DNA of 64,000 nucleotides. Origin: Prorocentrum cordatum (taxonomy: Eukaryota). The first letter of the stretch is position 1; the number at the start of each line of letters is the position of its first letter. Made by a program: the position numbers and the translations under genes. The notes below the pieces were generated by a model. That model ran no database searches. It was not told the origin of the DNA and saw only the letters and a list, made by a program, of their open reading frames with translations. Of the stretch, positions 57,705-64,000 are shown one piece after another. The stretch is taken from contig CAUYUJ010000029.1 in NCBI GenBank assembly GCA_963575745.1, forward strand, positions 1 to 64,000, read 5' to 3'.

Positions 57705-58705
57705 GGAGGAGGAGGAGGAGGAGGAGGGATGGGGCGAAGGGAGGGAAAAGTCGAGGAGCAGGAGTCGAGGAGGAGTAGGAGGAAACGGTACTGTGTTTCA
57801 TCATGATCAGCAGGGGATCATTGACACCCCACTTGCTAATGCTGTCGGCGGGAGGATCTCTGGGCTGGGGTATCGGAGTCCACGCCTGGCGAATTGTCGC
57901 GGCTGCGGGGACCGATTTTCCCTGGCGAGGCGGTTGGGGGTGCCCCGGGGGGCTCGCGTGGGAGCTTTGCCGTATTACCCTGACGACTCCTTTCGATAAC
58001 TAGTTGCAAGCTCTATGGTCTCTGACTTTTTGGCACTGGCTCAAACTAGCGAGCGAGGAGCAGGAGCAGGAGGAGGACGATGCTGATGATGATGATGATG
58101 AGGAGGAGGAGGAGGAGGAGGAGGAGGAGGAGGAGGAGAAGGAGAGGAGGAGAAGGAGGAGGAGGTGTCGACGAGGAGGAGGAGGAGGAGGAGGAGGAGG
58201 AGGAGGAGGAGGAGGAGGAGGACTCGATAAGGAAGGAGGAGGAGGTGGAGGAGGAGGAAAAGGAGGAAGACGACGAGCACAGCGAAGCATCGGCGTTTAC
58301 TCCGAGGGCGGGGGCGGTGGACGCAGAGGAGACCACCGAGCACCGGGGCGGGGCGGGGCGGTTCTGCCTCTGGGGTCGGCGCGGGGCTCCTCTTACGCAA
58401 ATGTTCCAATTGATTCTTCTCCCCCTACTCCTCGTGCTCCTCCTCCTCCTCCTCCTCCTCCTCCTCCTCGTGCTCCTCCTCGTCCTCCTCCGCCTCTTCG
58501 TCCCCGTGCCAACGACCCCCCAGACTTCTTGGTTCTCGATGTGGTTGGGGACGCACGGGGCAGCCTTTAAGGATCCCTGCTGGGGTCCGACGAGCACCCC
58601 GACCACGAGGGCCAGGGAGTGGGGGTCGGGGCGACAAAGGCTTAATTCGGCCAGCGCATGCACGAAAGGAGCCTGCCATGGCTCGAGGCTGGGCCCGGGG
58701 ATCCA

Positions 58706-59825
58706 GATTTTTCTTCCGATGATCGGGATCAGAGTTTGGGTTATGGAGGCAAAGAGCTACGGACTCACGAAGTTCGCATGTAACACAACCGGTCGTTTCG
58801 ACAGGAGCGACCAGGTCACGCGTAGTTGAGCAGCTCACTGCAGCAACCACCACGCAGGTGGCCAGTCTGTGTACCATGCTCACTGCTTGCCGCTGCTTAG
58901 CCTACGGGTCGGGGACTACGGACCACTGCACAGCAAGTTCGCGGTAGCCCCTGGCCCGCTGATTCGCCCGGATCAGCTTCCCATTCAGTATGCTGCCACC
59001 TCGCGCACATTGCCTAAAGGGTCGGGGACTAAGGACCACTGCGTAGCAAGTTCACAGTAGCCCCCGACCCGCTGATTCGACTGGATCAGCCTGCCAGCTG
59101 CCGCGCGCGCAGCCATCGTCATGCACATCGCTATATCCGTCTGCGGCTGCTGCAGCTCACGAGTCAATGCGCGAGTATGTGAAGCACGATCGGGCATAGC
59201 AGAGCCTAAAACCACGGATAGGCCGGTACACCGAGAATGGGGATGTCAATCTTATGTTGTTCCCGGATTTTTCTTCCGATGATCGGGATCAGAGTTTGGG
59301 TTATGGAGGCAAAGAGCTACGGACTCACGAAGTTCGCATGTAACACAGCCGGTCGTTTCGACAGGAGCGACCAGGTCACCCGTAGTTGAGCAGCTCACGG
59401 CAGCAACCACCACGCAGGTGGCCAGTCTGTGTACCATGCTCACTGCTTGCCGCTGCTTAGCCTACGGGTCGGGGACTACGGACCACTGCACAGCAAGTTC
59501 GCGGTAGCCCCTGGCCCGCTGATTCGCCCGGATCAGCTTCCCATTCAGTATGCTGCCACCTCACGCACATTGCCTAAAGGGTCGGGGACTAAGGACCACT
59601 GCATAGCAAGTTCACAGTAGCCCCCGACCCGCTGATTCGACTGGATCAGCCTGCCAGCTGCCGCGCGCGCAGCCATCGTCATGCACATCGCTATATCCGC
59701 CTGCCGCTGTTGCAGCTCTCGAGTCAGTGCGCGAGTATGTGAAGCACGATCGGGCATAGCAGAGCCTAAAACCACGGATAGGCCGGTACACCGAAAATGG
59801 GGATGTCAATCTTATGTTGTTCCCG
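58706..59825 (+). repeat. Near-identical 560-bp tandem duplication
   Basis: 58706-59265 versus 59266-59825. Confidence 0.92.
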
Positions 59826-59834
59826 TTTGCCCGC

Positions 59835-60407
59835 CATGCACGACAACACAAATGTCACGGAGTCGGTGCGCGGGCGATTTCCCGCCACTGCTTAGGAGAA
59901 CACTCTCCTGAGCTCCCTGAGCGTGTCGTTCTTCTGACCCGGCACTGGAGTGCGAGCGTGAGGTGAGGAATAAATCCCGTCTCAAATGCAACCGCTTGCT
60001 GTTGAGGTTGCGGTTGCTTGTAGGTCAGAGCCCATCGAAAGCCGACGGGCTGGCATCCCCCAAAAACGGGGGAACTGGCTGTCGCGGACCGCTGGCGGTC
60101 CCTAGTCGAAGCACGGGGTGTAAAGATAATTGCGCTTCCTGCCCGTTTTCGGGCTCCGGGGCAAGGCCTTGCTAGGCCGTGTCTAACGCCATTCAGCCAT
60201 GCACGACAACACAAGTGTCACGGAGTCGGTGCGCGGGCGATTTCCCGCCACTGCTTAGGAGAAAACTCTCCTGAGCTCCCTGAGCGTGTCGTTCTTCTGA
60301 CCCGGCACTGGAGTGCGAGCGTGAGGTGAGGAATAAATCCCGTCTCAAATGCAACCGCTTGCTGTTGAGGTTGCGGTTGCTTGCTAGGCCGTGTCTAACG
60401 CCATTCA
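59835..60407 (+). repeat. About 185-bp direct duplication (59835-60020 and 60198-60383)
   Basis: Direct reading. Confidence 0.9.
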
Positions 60408-60699
60408 TTGTACGTTTTATCTGTGCTGTGGCATTTTCTGGGGTGGGCACTTGGTGCGGTCAGTAAGCCTCGGCTCGGTCCCTCGACGTTGGAGTTTCCG
60501 CTTCGCTGAATAACCGCTCGAACATCCTCCTCCGCAGCTCGTTCCCTCTGTGAGGGAAGCCTCTATGTCGGAAGCCCTCTGCCTTGGATTTCCTAAACAA
60601 TGCTCGCAAGACGCTAACTCTACCATGCTTCTGCTGCCACTCGTCCTGCTGCCCTGACCAAGCAGAGGAAAAATAGCCACACTTTGTTGTGGCATCCTG

Positions 60700-61400
60700 G
60701 GGCCATCGCCAAGCGGGGATGGCAACCCAGAAAGCCGGTTTCATGTCGCTTTCGCGGTCTTGCTAAAAACTACGGCCGTCCAGACCGTTACGCGGGCCAC
60801 TGGCATCAACATGCGACTGGAATGCTCACGGCATCCAACCTCGCAGGGGGAAGTCACCCTGATGGAGCGACGCCCCGTTTGTGCCGCTATCGCGCGGCAC
60901 AGGTGCTAGTATGTGCAGAGCAGCAACCATCTTCACAAGGGGGTCCCCCCCGAAGTGGCGCTCAGCACGCAAGCGTCGCAGGCTGCCTGCATGGGCTGGG
61001 GCCCCTGCCGCTTTGCCACACGCTGGGGCTACAGCTCCCAGCGTCTACCAGACCTGCCAGGGTCCCTGCGCTAAGTGCAAGAGCCCCTGAATTCAGCGGC
61101 GGGGAAGCAATCGGGCCCACCTTGGGATCCGCTTCCTCCCCGGAGGGGAACCGCTGGGCAGTGCGCGCCAGGAGTCAAATTGCGGACCACTACTGCGGCA
61201 AGTTCGCCCCCCCAATATGGGATGCCACCCCGTAGGAGCCCCGATTCGACAGGATCACTTTGGGGCATGGGGTGAGGAGGGGGTGGCGGCCAGCGAAATC
61301 GAGAAAGAGGTGGAACATCGACGGGTGTTCCTCACTAAGCACCTCAGTATCGTGGCTATCCGTCATCCCCCAGCTTTAGTCTGCGCGGCGGACACCCGCA
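60700..61400 (+). pseudogene. Possible degenerate C-terminus of a restriction-like-endonuclease non-LTR element
   Basis: STRPARV and DHFGAWGEEG resemble the RPAD and xxxGxWG motifs of RLE domains; heavily decayed. Confidence 0.25.
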
Positions 61401-61938
61401 TCGGCCAGACCCCGCCCCCCTAGGGGCTGAGGTGCGAGTGCACGACCCGCTGACTAAGGATACATCCGAGACAATCCTCCGCCTCTTCGTCCGCCTCCTC
61501 CTCCACGTCGTCCTCCTGAGCTGGGCGTCGTCCCGTCGTTGGGCACGCACGGCCGAGACGCAAGGAGGCGAACTTGCGGTCCCACGAGGCTTGATCCTGC
61601 TCCCGCTCCTGCCCCTCCAGCCCCTGCTCCTGCTGCTGCCCCTGCGCTCCTTCCGCGTCCTCTCTCGCCTCATGCCCGACTGTCATTCCTCCTTGTCCCC
61701 CTTGTCCTCGCCCTCCCTCCCGCACCCCTCACATCCTCCGAACTCTACGCCTCACCATCCTCCCTCTTCATGTATCCTCCCCGCCACCTGCACCTCCTGC
61801 TTCTCGTTCTCCTCCCGCTCTCCCGCCTCCCCTCATTACTATTATTATGGTTCTTAGTATTACCATTACTATCATTAATCTTATTATCCTCCTCCTCCTC
61901 GTCATCATCATCATCATCATCATTATCATCATCATCAT

Positions 61939-61970
<32 letters not shown>

Positions 61971-64000
61971 CCACCATCATCATCATCATTATCATCACCA
62001 TCATCACCATCATCATCATCATCATCTTCTTCTTCTTCATCATCATCAACAACATCATCATCCTCCTCATGCCTAAACCCCCCTCGGCTTTCTCCGACTC
62101 AGCCTCCTCCCTCTCCTCATCTCCGTCCCCCTTGCTGTTTCTCGTCCTCCGCCTCCTCCTCCGGCTCCTTCTCCTTCGCGCGTCCTCCTCCTGCCCCCTC
62201 CCACCGTCTCCTTCCCGTCTCACTACGCTTCCTCCCCCTCCTCCTCCTCATCTCCCTCCTCCCTGAACGGGACCGCACAGAGGAGTAGGTCCCATAGTGC
62301 GGGACGGGAACATTACCACAACCACTGCTTCTTGTTTGCGCCGCCTTCCAGCCGGCCGAAAAAGAAGCAGTGGTTGTGGTCATTTCCCTGGTGCCAAGCT
62401 CAACCAAAATGACCACAACCACTGCTTTGTTTCTGCGGGCTGGAAGACGGCAACAAAAGAAAAGCAGTGGCTGTGGTCGTTTCCACGCCCCGTACATAGG
62501 GCTCTCTCTCTCTCTGTCGTTCTCTCTCTCTCTCTCTTGTGATCTCGTAGCCTCGACCCACAGGCTCCGTAAAGTTGACGCTTCTGGTCTCCCGGCCTCC
62601 CGTCGCAAGGCGCCCTTACCCTGATAAGAAACGGACTCCGTTTTTGACGGGGCTGCTTCTTTCGACAACGTACGGTCGGCCCGTACCATGAGGATGCGCG
62701 ATAAGGATGCAAGGGCCTTGGACACCCCTTTCGAAGCTTCCCGAGCGAGGCGCGGCCAACGAAAGTGGGCAAGTATGGACCGGGGAGGCAAGGATGCAAA
62801 GGTACCCTTGGGAAGGCTTCCCATCCTTACCATGCGGGTTGACTGTATTCCTTCGACAACGGAATCTCACTGGCTCAACTCTTCGTTCACGTCGATCAAG
62901 CGGTCCGCAGAATCCGGTCCATCGGAGATCAGCCCCATCCAGGCTATCCAATCTAGCAAGCACCAGCCCGCCCGATCTCGCGCAGCAGCACAGCGATACC
63001 CAACTACGTGCACGCACGACACCCTGCAGTGTGCGAATGTAGCGCGTACAGGGTGAACGCGGGATCGAAGGTGCCATGGCCGAGTGCAAGCACAGCAATC
63101 CTTGACGGCGATCGCGACGTCCAAGTCCAATGACTCCTTACCTTTCCTTTCGAGCTGCTCCAGCAAGTTGGTGGCCTCGCTCATGGCGTCTATCAATTCC
63201 TTCTCCGCCTCTTGAGGCCCGAGGCAAACTTCATTCGAACGCACGACCGTCACACATTGCTAGAAACATCAACTCCGCGCAAACTCGCTGGGAAGCGCGC
63301 CTCATCCCACGATCCCGCCAGACTGATTGCATCTGCTGTGCTCCTCGAGTCCCCCCCCGCACTGCTTGCTCAAAGGCCTTTTTTTTCCACCGCACCCATT
63401 GGATGAAGGCTCCAACTCGAAATAAGCCACATCTAAAAACGCCAGCCGGGTTAACGTCACCCCAAACGGGCTCCGGTCATATTCCCCCCCGGAGGCGACA
63501 GAGATGCACCACTGGAATTCCTAAAACACTTCGGTCAGGAATCCAACTCCTATCGAGCACAACCCTGAGCGAGCTGCCTTGACACCTTGGGGCAACTCGG
63601 CGGTGCGATGCTGTCCGCCCAGAGCCGGCCGCGAGGAAGGGAGAGGCGGCCGTGGAGCCGAAGCCAACGGCGCGCAGCCGACTTCGCCCCCTCCTCTTTA
63701 GGCTCCCCCTCGTCCTCCTCGGGGGAAAGGAGGAGAGGAGGATGAGGGGGGGGGGGGCTGCGAGGATGAGGATGAGAAGGAGGAGGAGGAGGAGGAGGAG
63801 GAGGAGGAGGAGGAGGAGGGGCGGAGGAGGAGGAGGAGAGGAGGAGGAGGAAGGAAAATGAGGAGGAGGAGGAGGAGGAGGAGGAGGAGAGGAGGAGGAG
63901 GGAGGAGCGGGGGCGAAGCGGCGAGAAGAATGGGGGGAGGAGGAGGAGAAGGAGGAGGAGGTGGAGGAGGAGGAGGAGGAGGGGGGGGAGGAGGAGGATA

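Larger units (their letters stand above)
1..64000. repeat. Dozens of (GAG/CCT)n tracts throughout the window
   Basis: For example 2232-2410, 8080-8457, 11640-11742, 16270-16500, 47250-47528, 52078-52455 and 63760-64000. Confidence 0.95.

Noticed and set aside
56319..57806. Long plus-strand ORFs antisense to LINE ORFs (also 6114-7553, 52462-53562, 53681-54517)
   Set aside because: Expected antisense shadows of GC3-rich coding sequence; no motifs.
62280..63580. Possible decayed retroelement ORF
   Set aside because: Lower-GC and coding-like in places, but no diagnostic motif could be identified.
1..64000. Many ORFs rich in poly-E/R/G/S/P/L/M/D
   Set aside because: They are translations of stop-free trinucleotide microsatellites.

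Overview
Eukaryotic, GC-rich, microsatellite-laden genomic DNA that is almost certainly dinoflagellate (Prorocentrum-like, by inference). It contains three genomic copies of the 22-nt dinoflagellate spliced leader (DinoSL), a TTTAGGG array, and GC/GA splice donors. A kinesin-14 gene lies on the minus strand as at least 9 tiny exons (about 35-100 bp) spread over about 47 kb; they splice in frame into a neck and N-terminal motor domain. The 2-10 kb introns hold (GAG)n/(GAT)n repeats, about ten MITE/SINE-like families and LINE remnants. The main signal is three minus-strand retroposons whose 5' ends are exactly the DinoSL: (i) 3326-7544, with SL, A6 tail and a 14-bp TSD, an internally deleted LINE; (ii) 33654-35224, with SL, one ORF and an A6 tail; (iii) about 52750-57704, a near-intact ORF1 + APE-RT LINE. 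In both LINEs the first AUG sits 0-3 nt after the SL and opens the ORF2 frame, which stays open across the whole of ORF1 in the same relative frame, while ORF1 starts at the second AUG. This suggests promoterless LINEs that get their 5' end from SL trans-splicing and use dual coding with leaky scanning. The mechanism is an inference and untested.
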